A stretch of DNA of 64,000 bases from Candidatus Zhuqueibacterota bacterium (GCA_034506395.1 JAPDPQ010000001.1:4435-68434); one strand, 5' to 3'. Counted from the first letter of the stretch, positions 15,643 through 27,198 are shown. The notes: generated by a model not told the origin, from the sequence alone. Numbers and translations are program-made.

Positions 15643-17262
15643 ATGAAAAATTTTCTCCTCGTTGCCCTGGTACTCATGTTTTCACAACTTTTCTCTCCCC
15701 AAACAATTTTTTCCTGTACCAATTATTTGATCACCAAAGGTGCCGCTGTCGATGGCTCGACCATGATCACCTATGCCGCTGATTCGCATGAGCTCTATGG
15801 TGAATTATATTTCACGCCTGCTGCCGATCATCTTCCTGGCACGCTGCTCGATATTTACGAATGGGACACGGGCAAATTTTTAGGCCGGATCAAACAGGTG
15901 GCTCACACATATGCGGTTGTAGGCAACATGAACGAACATCAGGTCTCTATTGGGGAAACAACCTGGGGTGGTCGCGAGGAATTGAAGGATCCAAAAGCCA
16001 TCATGGATTACGGGAGTTTGATGTACATTGCCCTGCAGCGCGCAAAAACCGCCCGCGAAGCCATCAAAGTGATCGCGGATCTCGTTGCTGAGTATGGCTA
16101 CTATAGCTCGGGCGAATCGTTCTCTATCGCCGATCCCAATGAGGTCTGGATCATGGAGATCATCAGCAAAGGACCGAACAACAAAGGGGCGGTCTGGGTC
16201 GCTCGTAAGGTGCCCGATGGCTACATTTGCGCTCACGCCAACCAAGCTCGCATTCGGCAATTTCCATTGAATGATAAAGAGAACTGCCTTTATTCCCCTG
16301 ATGTGATCTCCTTTGCGCGCGAAAAGGGCTATTTTACAGGCGAGGACAAAGATTTCAGTTTTGCAGACGCTTACGCCCCCCTGGATTATAGTGCCTTGCG
16401 ATTCTGCGAAGCGCGAGTATGGAGCATGTTCCGACGTGCAGCCCCATCGTTGAACCTGTCGATCGATTACGTAAAGGGAGTGAAAGGCGCTGAGCCATTG
16501 CCATTATGGATTAAGCCTGATAAAAAACTTTCAGTCCACGATGTTATGGAATTGATGCGCGATCATTTTGAAGGAACCGAATTCGACATGACCAAAGATG
16601 TGGGGGCAGGGCCCTTTCAGCTTCCATACCGCTGGCGTCCGCTCACTTGGAAGGTCGATACCGTTACCTATTGTAACGAACGCGCAGTTTCGACTCAGCA
16701 GACCGGCTTTTCTTTTGTAGCCCAAGCGCGCTCGTGGTTGCCAGACCCAATCGGCGGCGTATTGTGGTTCGGCGTCGATGATACCTATAGCACAGTCTAT
16801 GTTCCCATGTATTGTGGAATTAAACAAGTCCCTCATAGCTTTGCAGTAGGCACTGGATCATTCGATGAATTTAGCTGGGAATCGGCTTTCTGGGTGTTCA
16901 ATTTCGTGGCCAACTATGCATATTCCCGATACAGCGATATGATCAAGGATATCCAAAAGGTGCAGCGTGAGCTGGAGGGAAAATTTTTCGCCGATCAATC
17001 GGAAATCGAAGCTGCTGCGCTGGCGTTATACAAACAATCGCCACAACTGGCCCGAGATTATTTGACCGAATATTCGGTAAAGCAAGGCGATGCCACGGTC
17101 CAGCGCTGGAAAAAATTGGGCGAATTCCTCCTGTATAAATATCTCGATGGAAATGTGAAAAATGAGCTGGGAAAAGTCACCCATCCCGGCTATCCTGAAT
17201 CCTGGTATCGCCGCATCGTTAACGAAACTGGCGAACATTTTAAAATGAAATCACTGCAATGA
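15643..17262 (+). CDS. Peptidase family C69 dipeptidase (Ntn-hydrolase), secreted
   Basis: N-terminal signal peptide followed by the Cys nucleophile (FSCTNYLITKGAAVDGSTMITYAADS), typical of C69 dipeptidases. Confidence 0.65.
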   Translation: MKNFLLVALVLMFSQLFSPQTIFSCTNYLITKGAAVDGSTMITYAADSHELYGELYFTPAADHLPGTLLDIYEWDTGKFLGRIKQVAHTYAVVGNMNEHQVSIGETTWGGREELKDPKAIMDYGSLMYIALQRAKTAREAIKVIADLVAEYGYYSSGESFSIADPNEVWIMEIISKGPNNKGAVWVARKVPDGYICAHANQARIRQFPLNDKENCLYSPDVISFAREKGYFTGEDKDFSFADAYAPLDYSALRFCEARVWSMFRRAAPSLNLSIDYVKGVKGAEPLPLWIKPDKKLSVHDVMELMRDHFEGTEFDMTKDVGAGPFQLPYRWRPLTWKVDTVTYCNERAVSTQQTGFSFVAQARSWLPDPIGGVLWFGVDDTYSTVYVPMYCGIKQVPHSFAVGTGSFDEFSWESAFWVFNFVANYAYSRYSDMIKDIQKVQRELEGKFFADQSEIEAAALALYKQSPQLARDYLTEYSVKQGDATVQRWKKLGEFLLYKYLDGNVKNELGKVTHPGYPESWYRRIVNETGEHFKMKSLQ

Positions 17263-17647
17263 CAATCCAGAATCGAGCACATCGAATCTGGAATGCTCTT
17301 ACAAGAGCTCTGCTCTTCAACTTATGAGTGCTTTCAAAAACCGCAAATTCTGCTATGTACCAATTGGCGCATTTGCTGATTTGAAATTGATTCCCCCAAT
17401 TGGCTAAATTCGCGGCCAAGGTAGAGTGGACTCATTTCTCAATAGCAAAACAATCATAAGACGATGGGAGATCGCTGTTCGGCAGCGATCTTTCATCGAA
17501 TCATCTCTGGTGAATCCTCGGAATCATGGCGTTCGATCAAGTGGCTGGAAAAAACAATTGACATTTGAACGAAAAAATTGTATACTGTGGCGTTCAAGAC
17601 AATCAGATTCGCTCAAACCATCAAGTTAATAACGAGGGAGGAACTCA

Positions 17648-18091
17648 ATGGAAGGCATAATCCAGAAGGCTATGGAGATGTTCGAAATTCCGGCCCATCG
17701 CACTCACTATCTGTTTCTACTTCCTGCTTTCTATGTCGCTAAAGCTGATGGAAAGCTTTCAATGAAAGAAATCATGGCGCTCCGACTTCATGCTGTCACC
17801 CTCGGGCTCATCGGTCCCCAGGATGAGGATAGTGCTGAGTTAGAAACATTTTTTGAAAAAAAGATTGAGCAATTCGGCAAAGAATTGAAACTCAGTGATC
17901 TGGATTTATTGGCCAAGGCAATCAATGCTCGATTGACCAATTACACCCCAGACAAAGCCAAGGCGATTCGCGAGAGCATCTATCAATTATGCATGCACGT
18001 CGCGGATGCATCAGGGCCACTGTTCGGAGAAAATATTACTGAAGAAGAGCGCGAGATGTTGAAACAAATCTTTTATAAGCTGGAAAAATGA
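17648..18091 (+). CDS. TerB-like domain protein (hypothetical)
   Basis: 147 aa; YVAKADGKLSMKEIMAL... pattern reminiscent of the TerB/DjlA N-terminal fold. Weak. Confidence 0.35.
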   Translation: MEGIIQKAMEMFEIPAHRTHYLFLLPAFYVAKADGKLSMKEIMALRLHAVTLGLIGPQDEDSAELETFFEKKIEQFGKELKLSDLDLLAKAINARLTNYTPDKAKAIRESIYQLCMHVADASGPLFGENITEEEREMLKQIFYKLEK

Positions 18092-18417
18092 GATCGCCTG
18101 AAACATTTTCTTCAGGGCATGTATGCTGATCTCTGCAGCGCAATCAACTTAAAGCCAGCTCATCATTCGATCGGCAACCATGAGATGCTGCTTTGTAAGC
18201 GCAATCGCCTCAACAGCCAGAAATGGACACGCATCTCAGAATTGGCCCATTTTATCAACAAAGATTGCTGCACTCAAATGGGTCTCTGCGACCTTCGAAA
18301 CATCCCAGCAATGAGTTCTCAGCTTTATCGAAGCCACCTGAAACCTGAGCCAAAAGCGCTGAGGGGATATCTCATTTTGAATAGCAACTTATAACAACCG
18401 ACCTTTGAAATTGGGGA

Positions 18418-18840
18418 ATGAAACAAATGAAATTTTACACTGAATATCTCTGGTTCAATACTGCACGCAAACGGGAGTTCATCAACATCACAGACGAAGC
18501 TGAGAGGGTTTTGAAAAAAAGTGGCATAAAAGAGGGAATGATGTTGGTATCTGCAATGCACATTACAGCAGGCGTTTATGTAAACGATGCCGAGCCAGGC
18601 CTGATTCAAGATATAGAAGATTGGCTACAAAAATTAGCCCCTGAGGGCGTTAATTATCGGCATCATCGCACTGGGGAGGTCAATGGCGATGCCCATTTGA
18701 AGAATCTACTTATCGGGCATCAAGTGATTGTGCCAGTTACTCAAGGCGAGCTTGATCTTGGGCCATGGCAGCAAATCTATTACGCTGAGTTCGATGGTCA
18801 GCGTCGAAAACGGTTGATCATCAAAGTGATGGGGGAATGA
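18418..18840 (+). CDS. YjbQ/UPF0047 family protein (secondary thiamine-phosphate synthase-like)
   Basis: 140 aa; ...[39 protein letters not shown]...[33 protein letters not shown].. matches the YjbQ family. Confidence 0.6.
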   Translation: MKQMKFYTEYLWFNTARKREFINITDEAERVLKKSGIKEGMMLVSAMHITAGVYVNDAEPGLIQDIEDWLQKLAPEGVNYRHHRTGEVNGDAHLKNLLIGHQVIVPVTQGELDLGPWQQIYYAEFDGQRRKRLIIKVMGE

Positions 18841-20591
18841 TTCAAATGACAAAAGGCATTCGAATTGCTCTGGCGCAAATTGATGTTACCGTCGGTGATC
18901 TGGCTAATAATGAGCAGAAAATCAAAGCCGCAATCCAACAAGCCAGGAATGCTCAGGCAGATGTAGTTGCGTTCCCGGAATTGGTGATCACTGGGTATCC
19001 GCCAGAGGATTTATTGCTTCGCCGGCAATTCGTTCAGGACAATCTCCATTGTCTCAATCGAATTATTCCAGCAACCCGCGATATTCTGGCGATTGTGGGA
19101 TTTGCCGATCGAGAGGGGAATAAGCTATTTAACGCCGCAGCAGTGATTGCCAATGAAAGATTGGTCGCTGTGTATCATAAAATTCATCTACCCAATTACG
19201 GTGTTTTCGATGAGAAACGCTATTTTGAACCGGGAGAGCGGCCGCTGATTGTGGAGTGGAACGATATCAAGATCGGACTCAGCATCTGCGAGGATATCTG
19301 GATACCCGACAGTGTCGTCGAGACACAGGCTATTTCCACAGGTGCGGAGATCCTTTTAAACATCTCATCTTCGCCATATCATTCAGGCAAGGTGGAAGAG
19401 CGCGAGATTTTGCTCAAAAAAATAGCGGTAAATAACCGCGCCATGGTCTGCTACGTCAATCTCATCGGGGGGCAAGATGAGTTGGTATTTGATGGAAGCA
19501 GCCTAATTCTCAATGAGCGGGGGGAGATTCTCGCTCGCGGAAAACAGTTCGAAGAAGACCTGATCCTATTCGACCTCGATGTCTCGGTGATCCAGGCAAT
19601 CCGAGCAAAGGACGAATCGTTTCAGGGCCGTCGGGCAGCGTTCGATCCACCATTCAAGATTGAACTGATCGACCTTCCAGATCCGAGGCCAATGCCCTTT
19701 GAGCAGAAGCCGAGACTCCCCATTTCGCAAGTTCTCAAACTGGATCCATTGACCGAAATTTATCAGGCCCTGGTCTTAGGTACCCGCGATTACGTTCGAA
19801 AGAACGGTTTTCAAAAAGTCGTATTGGGGTTAAGCGGCGGTATCGATTCGGCATTGACGGCTGCTATCGCGGTAGACGCGTTGGGCTCGAAGAATGTCAT
19901 CGGCGTAAGTATGCCGTCAATATTCTCTTCCAAAGGTAGCATTGAGGATGCCGCCCAATTGGCAAAAAATTTGGGGATCAAGAATCTCATCATCCCTATA
20001 CAAAATACATTTGAAGCTTATCAAAACATGCTTCAAAACACTTTTGACAATCTGCCATTTGATATTACCGAGGAAAACATTCAAGCACGGATCCGTGGCA
20101 ATATCGTCATGGCGCTGTCCAACAAGTTCGGCTGGCTGGCTCTGAGCACGGGCAATAAAAGTGAAATTAGCGTAGGCTATTGTACGCTGTACGGAGATAT
20201 GGCCGGCGGTTTCGCTGTGATCAAAGATGTCCCCAAGACCCTGGTCTATCAATTGGCCAAGAATTTGAACAAGATCAAAGGACGAGAGATTATTCCGCAC
20301 AACACCATGGTCAAACCGCCTTCGGCTGAACTTCGGCCGAATCAGAAAGATGAAGATAGCCTGCCACCGTACGATATTTTAGATCCGATTTTGGCCGAAT
20401 ATGTAGAAAAGGACGCTTCCATCGAAAAAATTGTGGCGCTCGGCTTTGACGAAGCGATCGTGCGAAAAGTGATCCGACTGGTGGATCAGAGCGAATATAA
20501 ACGACGGCAAGGAGCTCCGGGTGTCAAAATTACGCCTCGGGCGTTTGGGAAGGATCGTCGGATGCCGATTACCAATCGCTATCGCTTGTGA
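18837..20591 (+). CDS. nadE: Glutamine-dependent NAD(+) synthetase (N-terminal nitrilase/CN-hydrolase domain plus C-terminal NAD synthetase)
   Basis: N-terminal CN-hydrolase motif ([13 protein letters not shown]...[14 protein letters not shown]...GLSICEDIW) and C-terminal PP-loop ([18 protein letters not shown]). Confidence 0.9.
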   Translation: MIQMTKGIRIALAQIDVTVGDLANNEQKIKAAIQQARNAQADVVAFPELVITGYPPEDLLLRRQFVQDNLHCLNRIIPATRDILAIVGFADREGNKLFNAAAVIANERLVAVYHKIHLPNYGVFDEKRYFEPGERPLIVEWNDIKIGLSICEDIWIPDSVVETQAISTGAEILLNISSSPYHSGKVEEREILLKKIAVNNRAMVCYVNLIGGQDELVFDGSSLILNERGEILARGKQFEEDLILFDLDVSVIQAIRAKDESFQGRRAAFDPPFKIELIDLPDPRPMPFEQKPRLPISQVLKLDPLTEIYQALVLGTRDYVRKNGFQKVVLGLSGGIDSALTAAIAVDALGSKNVIGVSMPSIFSSKGSIEDAAQLAKNLGIKNLIIPIQNTFEAYQNMLQNTFDNLPFDITEENIQARIRGNIVMALSNKFGWLALSTGNKSEISVGYCTLYGDMAGGFAVIKDVPKTLVYQLAKNLNKIKGREIIPHNTMVKPPSAELRPNQKDEDSLPPYDILDPILAEYVEKDASIEKIVALGFDEAIVRKVIRLVDQSEYKRRQGAPGVKITPRAFGKDRRMPITNRYRL

Positions 20592-20934
20592 ACCCTTGAT
20601 AATTATCTGGACCACGCAAATAGAACAACCACGGAATTTTTTTGGTCTCAGAACTGAAAGGTCTCAGAAACAAAATTCTGTGAGCTTTCATTGCTGCGAC
20701 CATCCTTTTAAAGAATAACTACAAATGCAAACAAAAATCAATTCAGTTTTCCGCCTTAAGTTGCTTGTAAATCGGTCTTGGTTTATGTATATTGAGGACC
20801 AATAATGCTTCTCGCCCGCTTGCTGATGGCTAAGGGCTGGTTGAGACGATTATTCTACATTGCGATTGTACTTTAAATTTGACCTGAATAAAACGCTGGT
20901 CAGCTATTCCTCCAAAAAAAAATGCAATAGAAAT

Positions 20935-21279
20935 ATGAAACCGATCACGCTACAACAATGTCAGCAACTTGTCGATGACTGGATCACCACCGTCGGCGTG
21001 CGCTATTTTTCCGAATTGACCAACCTGGCGCAATTAATGGAAGAAGTGGGCGAGGTTGCCCGCATCATGTCCCGCACCTATGGGGATCAGAGCTTCAAAA
21101 AATCGGATGAGGCGAAAAAACTATCAGAGGAATTGGCGGATGTGTTTTTTGTGCTCGTCTGCATTGCCAATCAAACTGGCGTGGATTTGACCGAGGCGTT
21201 CTGGCAGGGGATGGAAAAACGAACGAACCGCGATCGGGAACGACATCAAAACAACATGAAATTGAAACAGGGTGCTTGA
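20935..21279 (+). CDS. MazG-like nucleotide pyrophosphohydrolase domain protein
   Basis: ...LAQLMEEVGEVARIM...KLSEELADVFFVLVCIANQTGVDLTEAF; start taken at internal ATG 20935 (MKPITLQQ). Confidence 0.55.
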   Translation: MKPITLQQCQQLVDDWITTVGVRYFSELTNLAQLMEEVGEVARIMSRTYGDQSFKKSDEAKKLSEELADVFFVLVCIANQTGVDLTEAFWQGMEKRTNRDRERHQNNMKLKQGA

Positions 21280-21314
21280 TCTTTGATAGACTTAAATCCT
21301 TTCGCACATGAGCC

Positions 21315-22166
21315 ATGGATGCAGATAAAGCGAAAAATGGACCGACCGTGAGCGTGATCATCCCGACCTATAATCGCGCAAATTGGTTGGCAGGTGCAAT
21401 TGAGTCGGTTTTAGTTCAATCTTATCAGGATCTCGAATTGATCCTCATTGATGACGGCTCAACGGATGAAACGCCTGAGTTAGTGGCACATTATGGGGAT
21501 CGCATCCGTTATTATGCGCAAGACCATCGCGGGCCAGCGGCCGCCAGAAATTTGGGCATTCAGAAAGCTCAGGCTGATTTAATCGCGTTTCTGGATTCTG
21601 ATGATCGCTGGCTGAAAGACAAGCTGCAAGCCCAGGTGGATCTGATGCTGAATCATCCGGAAATCAAGATTTGCTACACAGACGAAATCTGGATTCGACG
21701 AGGGGTAAGAGTCAATCCAAAGAAAATTCACCAAAAATATTCAGGGTGGATCTATCAGAGATGTCTGCCATTGTGCATTATCAGCCCATCATCAGTGATG
21801 ATACGTCGGGAGGTATTCGATCGGGTCGGCCTGTTTGATGAACAATTTCTGGTGTGCGAAGACTATGAGTTCTGGCTGCGGATCAGTCATCGGTTTCCGA
21901 TTACATTTATCAATCAGCCGCTGATCATTAAATACGGGGGACATCAAGATCAGCTTTCAAGGCAATTTTGGGGGATGGATCGATTCCGGGTTATGGCGCT
22001 GGAAAAGATGCTCCAAGATCATTCGCTCTCAGAAATTGATCGGAATGCCACAATCCAGATGCTGATCCAAAAATGCAACATCTTGATCAATGGCTTTGAG
22101 AAACGCGGCAAAACAGCGGAAGGCGATCTCTATCGATCGATTCGAGATAAATATCGCACAAATTGA
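21315..22166 (+). CDS. Glycosyltransferase family 2
   Basis: VSVIIPTYNRANWLAGAIESVLVQSYQDLELILIDDGSTDETPELV...LDSDD. Confidence 0.8.
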   Translation: MDADKAKNGPTVSVIIPTYNRANWLAGAIESVLVQSYQDLELILIDDGSTDETPELVAHYGDRIRYYAQDHRGPAAARNLGIQKAQADLIAFLDSDDRWLKDKLQAQVDLMLNHPEIKICYTDEIWIRRGVRVNPKKIHQKYSGWIYQRCLPLCIISPSSVMIRREVFDRVGLFDEQFLVCEDYEFWLRISHRFPITFINQPLIIKYGGHQDQLSRQFWGMDRFRVMALEKMLQDHSLSEIDRNATIQMLIQKCNILINGFEKRGKTAEGDLYRSIRDKYRTN

Positions 22167-22370
22167 ACCATATCGAGCAGATCATGCAGCTCAATGGTCA
22201 AATTGGATCGATCGATTGAGTCTGACTGAAATTTAAGTTTTGGAACCCACGTCATGATGAGTGGATGGATAAAATGGAGCGAATTGAATAGCTAAGTGTC
22301 CGAAAGATTGGGTGCGGGTCAAGCATCATCATGATTGGATGTTTCGGTGGAAACGGCTAACAAAGGCCAC

Positions 22371-23381
22371 TTATAACGAAGTCAATTTCAAGCCAGGGAT
22401 TGGTGCTAGCCCAAAGTCCGAACGAATCCCACGTTTTAGCTTCTGCTGTCCAAGCCAAGCCACCATTGCAGCGTTATCGGTACAAAGGATCGGCTCCGGA
22501 ACATAAATCTTGAAGCCTTCGATCGCTGCGCGTTGTTGAAATGCCGATCTAAGCCGGCGATTTCGTGCAACTCCACCGACCAAACAGATATCGCGCACCT
22601 TTTTGTCGCGGGCGGCTGCCACTGTTTTTTCCACCAGCACCTCGATTAGCGCTGCCTGAAAGCTGGCCACAATATCAGCGATATGAGCCTGGCGCTGGTC
22701 CGTTGGCATTCGTTTGAGATGATATAGGACCGCAGTTTTCAGGCCGCTGAAGCTAAAGTTATAATCATGCGTTTTGATCAGGGAGCGCGGAAAATGGATA
22801 TAAGTTTCATCACCCTGAGCAGCAAGCTGATCGATGATCGGCCCACCAGGGTAGCCCAGCTCCATCATCTTTGACACCTTATCGAACGCCTCTCCTGCCG
22901 CATCATCTAACGTTCGGCCTAAAACTTCATATTGCTCCATGCCTTTCACCAGAACAAGCAGCGTGTGGCCGCCAGAGACAACCAAGGAGATAAAGGGGAA
23001 TTCAAGATCTGGATGATTGACATAGACCGAGAACACATGCCCCTCAATATGATTGATCCCGACCCAAGGCAATTGGAGTGCGTATGCCAAGGCTTTTGCC
23101 GTGTTTAATCCGACCAAAATCGAACCAACCAAACCTGGCCCATAGGTCACTGCAATCCCTTCAAGCTGCGAAAATTCTAAATTAGCATCCGAAAGCGATT
23201 TCTTGATGATGGGCAGAATGAGGCGCATGTGCTCTCGAGAAGCCAATTCTGGAACAACCCCTCCGTACTGCTGATGGATGGTTTGCGAAGCGATGACATT
23301 CGAACGTAAGCCGTCTGGGGTATAAACCGCCGCTGCGGTTTCATCACATGAGGTTTCAATTCCCAAAACAATCATGGTCAA
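22371..23381 (-). CDS. tsaD: tRNA N6-adenosine threonylcarbamoyltransferase (Kae1/Gcp)
   Basis: MIVLGIETSCDETAAAVY...GVVPELASREH...HIEGHV... conserved TsaD motifs. Confidence 0.9.
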   Translation of the reverse strand: MTMIVLGIETSCDETAAAVYTPDGLRSNVIASQTIHQQYGGVVPELASREHMRLILPIIKKSLSDANLEFSQLEGIAVTYGPGLVGSILVGLNTAKALAYALQLPWVGINHIEGHVFSVYVNHPDLEFPFISLVVSGGHTLLVLVKGMEQYEVLGRTLDDAAGEAFDKVSKMMELGYPGGPIIDQLAAQGDETYIHFPRSLIKTHDYNFSFSGLKTAVLYHLKRMPTDQRQAHIADIVASFQAALIEVLVEKTVAAARDKKVRDICLVGGVARNRRLRSAFQQRAAIEGFKIYVPEPILCTDNAAMVAWLGQQKLKRGIRSDFGLAPIPGLKLTSL

Positions 23382-23396
23382 TTGGCTCGCTTGGGA

Positions 23397-24338
23397 TTAT
23401 TTGATCTTTTCAACGACAATTTTAAATCGCTTTGGTTTGACATCGCGATAACGAACCCCTTTTGGAGTATCAATATATGCCAGATGGTTCTTGCTTTGTG
23501 AGGCCTTCACTTTTTGATAGTCAATATATGCTCTAATATCATTCTGCGTGACATTCAATAAAATATCAGCTCCTCCCTCCAAAACGAGAGACAAAGTAGA
23601 AGGCAACACCGTCACCCTCAAGTCCGGTGGCTGATTGATGACAGTCACCGGTACCTCCGATAGCGGCTTCTCCATCAATTTCTGGACATTGACATAAAGG
23701 TTTACCTCGCGAGTCAATAGGCGCAGATGCTCGATATCTGGCCTGATCAACCTGAGCTTTTCGGTTAAATTGCGGTTGATATTTTTATACCGACGTCGTT
23801 CAGTGAAAATCGCATCCACCCTTTTGAGCTCAGTGATCGGGATCATTACCTCAGCGGAATCGGGGATTAACTTAACATCATCAACGACGGTATAGCCAGG
23901 AACTGGGGTTACCTCAACATCAGGTACGATTGCAACCTTTGTGGTGATGAGATCCATAATAAGAATTTTCAAAGTTTCGGGGTGTACGATGTTGAGCACT
24001 TCGATATCGCTATCTCGAAGCAATTTCACCTGATTCTTATCCAATACAAGATTGGCTGATCGGAAAACATGGGAGACATCAAGGTTGTAAAAGATATCCT
24101 TTCTGAGCATCGTGGTGAGCAGTGAACGTCCCTTTCCCCAACAAGTGATTTTTACCTTGCTCGGGATATCAGAGCTAATCACTCGATTCGGCCCAAGATT
24201 CGTAATCCGAAGCGGAACATTCAGCTCATATCGGTAATTATCTTCCATCTTCACAAAAAACCATATCACGCTGGCCAAGGCAATTACCGCCAATTTAATT
24301 TTCAGATTGCGAACAATTCCAACATTCATCGGTTTCAT
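23397..24338 (-). CDS. YbbR-like domain protein (CdaR-like), membrane-anchored
   Basis: N-terminal transmembrane helix followed by repeated beta-rich YbbR-like segments; sits 15 nt downstream of tsaD. Recognition moderate. Confidence 0.45.
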   Translation of the reverse strand: MKPMNVGIVRNLKIKLAVIALASVIWFFVKMEDNYRYELNVPLRITNLGPNRVISSDIPSKVKITCWGKGRSLLTTMLRKDIFYNLDVSHVFRSANLVLDKNQVKLLRDSDIEVLNIVHPETLKILIMDLITTKVAIVPDVEVTPVPGYTVVDDVKLIPDSAEVMIPITELKRVDAIFTERRRYKNINRNLTEKLRLIRPDIEHLRLLTREVNLYVNVQKLMEKPLSEVPVTVINQPPDLRVTVLPSTLSLVLEGGADILLNVTQNDIRAYIDYQKVKASQSKNHLAYIDTPKGVRYRDVKPKRFKIVVEKIK

Positions 24339-24452
24339 CTCGATCCTTTGGCTCGCTTAACGTGAAAAGAGGGTATCAGGAACTAACTCCTTTTACCCTC
24401 TTCATATGATCGACCCGTGGTAGGAAAAGGATCTGGGCGAGGCGAAGATTCT

Positions 24453-24647
24453 TTATTTATGAGATTGACCAATCACTTTGCCGATACTTAGCTCACCATT
24501 GTCGATTCGAATATTAAAGCCACATTCTGGATTGGTGCAGACCCAGGCTTTATACATAATTGATGAACCCTCACGACCATAGTCTGATAAAGGAATGAGT
24601 ACTCCAGTGGAGCATTTCAAACATTCTGGATAAGCAGTTTCCATCAT
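24453..24647 (-). CDS. Small zinc-ribbon protein (hypothetical)
   Basis: 64 aa with CxxC...CxxxxC (PECLKCSTG...CTNPECGF). Confidence 0.3.
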   Translation of the reverse strand: MMETAYPECLKCSTGVLIPLSDYGREGSSIMYKAWVCTNPECGFNIRIDNGELSIGKVIGQSHK

Positions 24648-24973
24648 AAAAGACCTCCCCTCACAATTTAACTAGTTCAAGTTTTAAAATCCCCAATGAA
24701 TTGATATTTTTGTGCTATCGCCGTTGGATTTAATAATTCCATCCCTCCTTCAAGAAATGTGAATATCAGGTCTGACAACTCAAAAAATAATTTTCATCTT
24801 CCTCGCCCAAATCCAAATTCATCGGACCAATCCAATGTTCGCCCTTGGCTTAAAAAAAATTTAACATAATTTCTATATAAAGTCAATATATTTTTTGGAT
24901 CAATACTTGTATTTGCCATTATGGTAGTTTCGTGTAAGGTGCAAACTGATTATTGTGTTCTTTTGGCATAATA

Positions 24974-25699
24974 TCACCACAGCAGCCGTACCGATAAACC
25001 AATCGCCATGGAAATCGATAGCGAGGCAATAAGATTGATCATCAGAAGTTGACGGCTTGCTCTTCCATGAAGAATTAGTCTGGGGATAAAAGCAACTGGA
25101 ATGAGAAAGAAGAACCAACCTCCGAAGATCATCCCTAAAGTGGAAAAGAACCGCTCAATATATCCGATGCGCCGTTTGTTGGCATTCGGAAAAATAATGG
25201 ATTGTTCGGCTGTTGGTTGAGTCAATTGATGAATGAATTTTTTGACATAGTAAATAATCACTCCCCCGCCAAACATCGAAACCACCAAGCCAGTGAGCGT
25301 GATAATTACCTTTCGATTCAAATAGTAGTCGGCGACAAAACGGTTCGCGATCTGCGGTGAAGGAATGTGAAATAAATGATAGCATGTGAGCCAAATAAAA
25401 AAGATATGCAATATTTGATCAACTAAAAAAACAAACACCGAATCATTTAGCACATTCCGTGTGAGAACCAGTTTCATCCAGTCTAAAATAAAGTGAATGC
25501 CAAACAGAAACAAGATCGCCAGCCGGAAATTTGCAAACTCCAGAAATGGAAACGCAATGATGATGTTAGTGATCAACGAAATGAAAATATGAGGCAGGAG
25601 CCCCCATTTGTATTTTGATTTTAACGCAAAAATTTTATCTGACTGGAGTGGAAAATCCGCGATAAAATGCGCTAGGAGCAAGAGCCAGAATAAATTCAT
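24974..25699 (-). CDS. Integral membrane protein (DUF3307-like)
   Basis: 241 aa, several hydrophobic helices, opens with HFIADFPLQ. Confidence 0.4.
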   Translation of the reverse strand: MNLFWLLLLAHFIADFPLQSDKIFALKSKYKWGLLPHIFISLITNIIIAFPFLEFANFRLAILFLFGIHFILDWMKLVLTRNVLNDSVFVFLVDQILHIFFIWLTCYHLFHIPSPQIANRFVADYYLNRKVIITLTGLVVSMFGGGVIIYYVKKFIHQLTQPTAEQSIIFPNANKRRIGYIERFFSTLGMIFGGWFFFLIPVAFIPRLILHGRASRQLLMINLIASLSISMAIGLSVRLLW

Positions 25700-25816
25700 C
25701 GATTAGCGGTCCTGGGAACTATTATTGCGATCCATCATAATTGTCTCTCTGGAAAAACCGGCTTAAAATATCGATTGAGAGGCAAGTGCCCTGGGCAATT
25801 CAACGGCATTCGTTTT

Positions 25817-26260
25817 CTATTCTTTCACGACCCATAATTTGATCTTGGCTTCGACTTCGCTGTGCAATTTGATTGGGATATCGTAGATTCCCAATGCCTT
25901 GATGGGTTCATCAAGCAAAATTTTTTTGCGATCGATATCAAAGCCTTTTTCCTTTAGCAAATCGGCGATGTTTTGGCTGGTTACGGAACCGAATACCCGA
26001 TCCTCCTCGCCAACCGCTACAGTGGCGGTACAAGAGACACCATTCAACTTTTGGGCAAGCAGCTCAGCGTTCTTCTTATCTTTATTAAGCTTCAGTTTAA
26101 TTCGTTTTTGTTCTTCTTCTAAAATCTTTAGATTTCTCTGGTCAGCTTTCAGCGCCAAGCCTTGGGGGATTAGATAATTGCGCGCATAACCATCTTTCAC
26201 TTCAATGATATTGCCAGCCGTTCCCAGAGATTCGACATCTTTTTTCAAAATAACTTTCAT
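25817..26260 (-). CDS. rplI: 50S ribosomal protein L9
   Basis: MKVILKKDVESLG..GNIIEVKDGYARNYLIPQGLA...; last gene of the conserved rpsF-ssb-rpsR-rplI cluster. Confidence 0.85.
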   Translation of the reverse strand: MKVILKKDVESLGTAGNIIEVKDGYARNYLIPQGLALKADQRNLKILEEEQKRIKLKLNKDKKNAELLAQKLNGVSCTATVAVGEEDRVFGSVTSQNIADLLKEKGFDIDRKKILLDEPIKALGIYDIPIKLHSEVEAKIKLWVVKE

Positions 26261-26285
26261 CAGCGATCTTCCCTCATGCAAATGG

Positions 26286-26507
26286 TTATCGACTCATTTC
26301 TGCCACATAAGGAATTAATGCTAATTGTCGAGCGCGCTTAATCGCTTTCACCAGCATCCGTTGATGCTTAGCACAGGTCCCTGAAGTGCGACGTGGAATT
26401 ATCTTCCCTTGTTCGGTCGTAAAGCGCATAAGCTTTTTGTCGTCCCGGAAATCTATATAGATAGCATTCTCCTCACAAAAACGACAGATCCGTTTTTTCT
26501 TTAGCAT
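26286..26507 (-). CDS. rpsR: 30S ribosomal protein S18
   Basis: ...CRFCEE..IYIDFRD...RRTSGTCAKHQRML..AIKRARQLALIPY. Confidence 0.85.
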   Translation of the reverse strand: MLKKKRICRFCEENAIYIDFRDDKKLMRFTTEQGKIIPRRTSGTCAKHQRMLVKAIKRARQLALIPYVAEMSR

Positions 26508-26547
26508 AGCTGTTTGGTTCTCCTAGTTAAATCATCCTTCCTTGGCA

Positions 26548-27075
26548 TCATAAATTTAAGTCCTTATATCCAAAGTCGTATTGCTCTAATTGCGGTTGCG
26601 TTACCGCTGGGGCTGAAGCATGATTGTCATTAATGATCGTTTCCGCCATTTCCGTTTCAGTGGGTTCATAGTCATATTCTTTCTCATCAAATGCCGTGTC
26701 ATACTCATTTTCATCTTTAGAGGAACTTTTTCGATTAAGAAACTGAATGCGCCGGGCTTTAATCTCAACAACATTTCGGCTGGTCCCATCATCGTTCCGC
26801 CAGCTTCGGCTTTGCAGCTCTCCATCGATGATTACCGCGCTTCCTTTGCTCAGGTTTTCGTAGCAGCTTTCGGCCAGTTTATACCAGGCAACTACCCCAA
26901 CATAACAGACATTTTCTCGCCATTGACCATTATTGTCCTTGAATTTTCGATTTGATGCGATGAAAAAGTTGGCCACTGGCGTTCCATTGGTCGTCTTTCG
27001 AAATGATGGATCACATGTCAAGTTCCCTGCAATGAGTACATTATTGATATCAGGCATTTTCAGATTCGACATCAT
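26548..27075 (-). CDS. ssb: Single-stranded DNA-binding protein
   Basis: OB-fold pattern (NNVLIAGNLTCDPSFRKTTNGTPVANFFIASNR...AVIIDGELQSRSW); sits between rpsF and rpsR; acidic tail with a non-canonical tip. Confidence 0.8.
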   Translation of the reverse strand: MMSNLKMPDINNVLIAGNLTCDPSFRKTTNGTPVANFFIASNRKFKDNNGQWRENVCYVGVVAWYKLAESCYENLSKGSAVIIDGELQSRSWRNDDGTSRNVVEIKARRIQFLNRKSSSKDENEYDTAFDEKEYDYEPTETEMAETIINDNHASAPAVTQPQLEQYDFGYKDLNL

Positions 27076-27198
27076 TTAGAACCTCCCTGAAAATCATTTG
27101 GCCTCAAGTCATTTCTCCATTTTCATCAATTATGACGCTGCACGACTGATTCATCTGCATCTCCATGATGTGAAGAATATGTCTTCCCGAACGAACCC

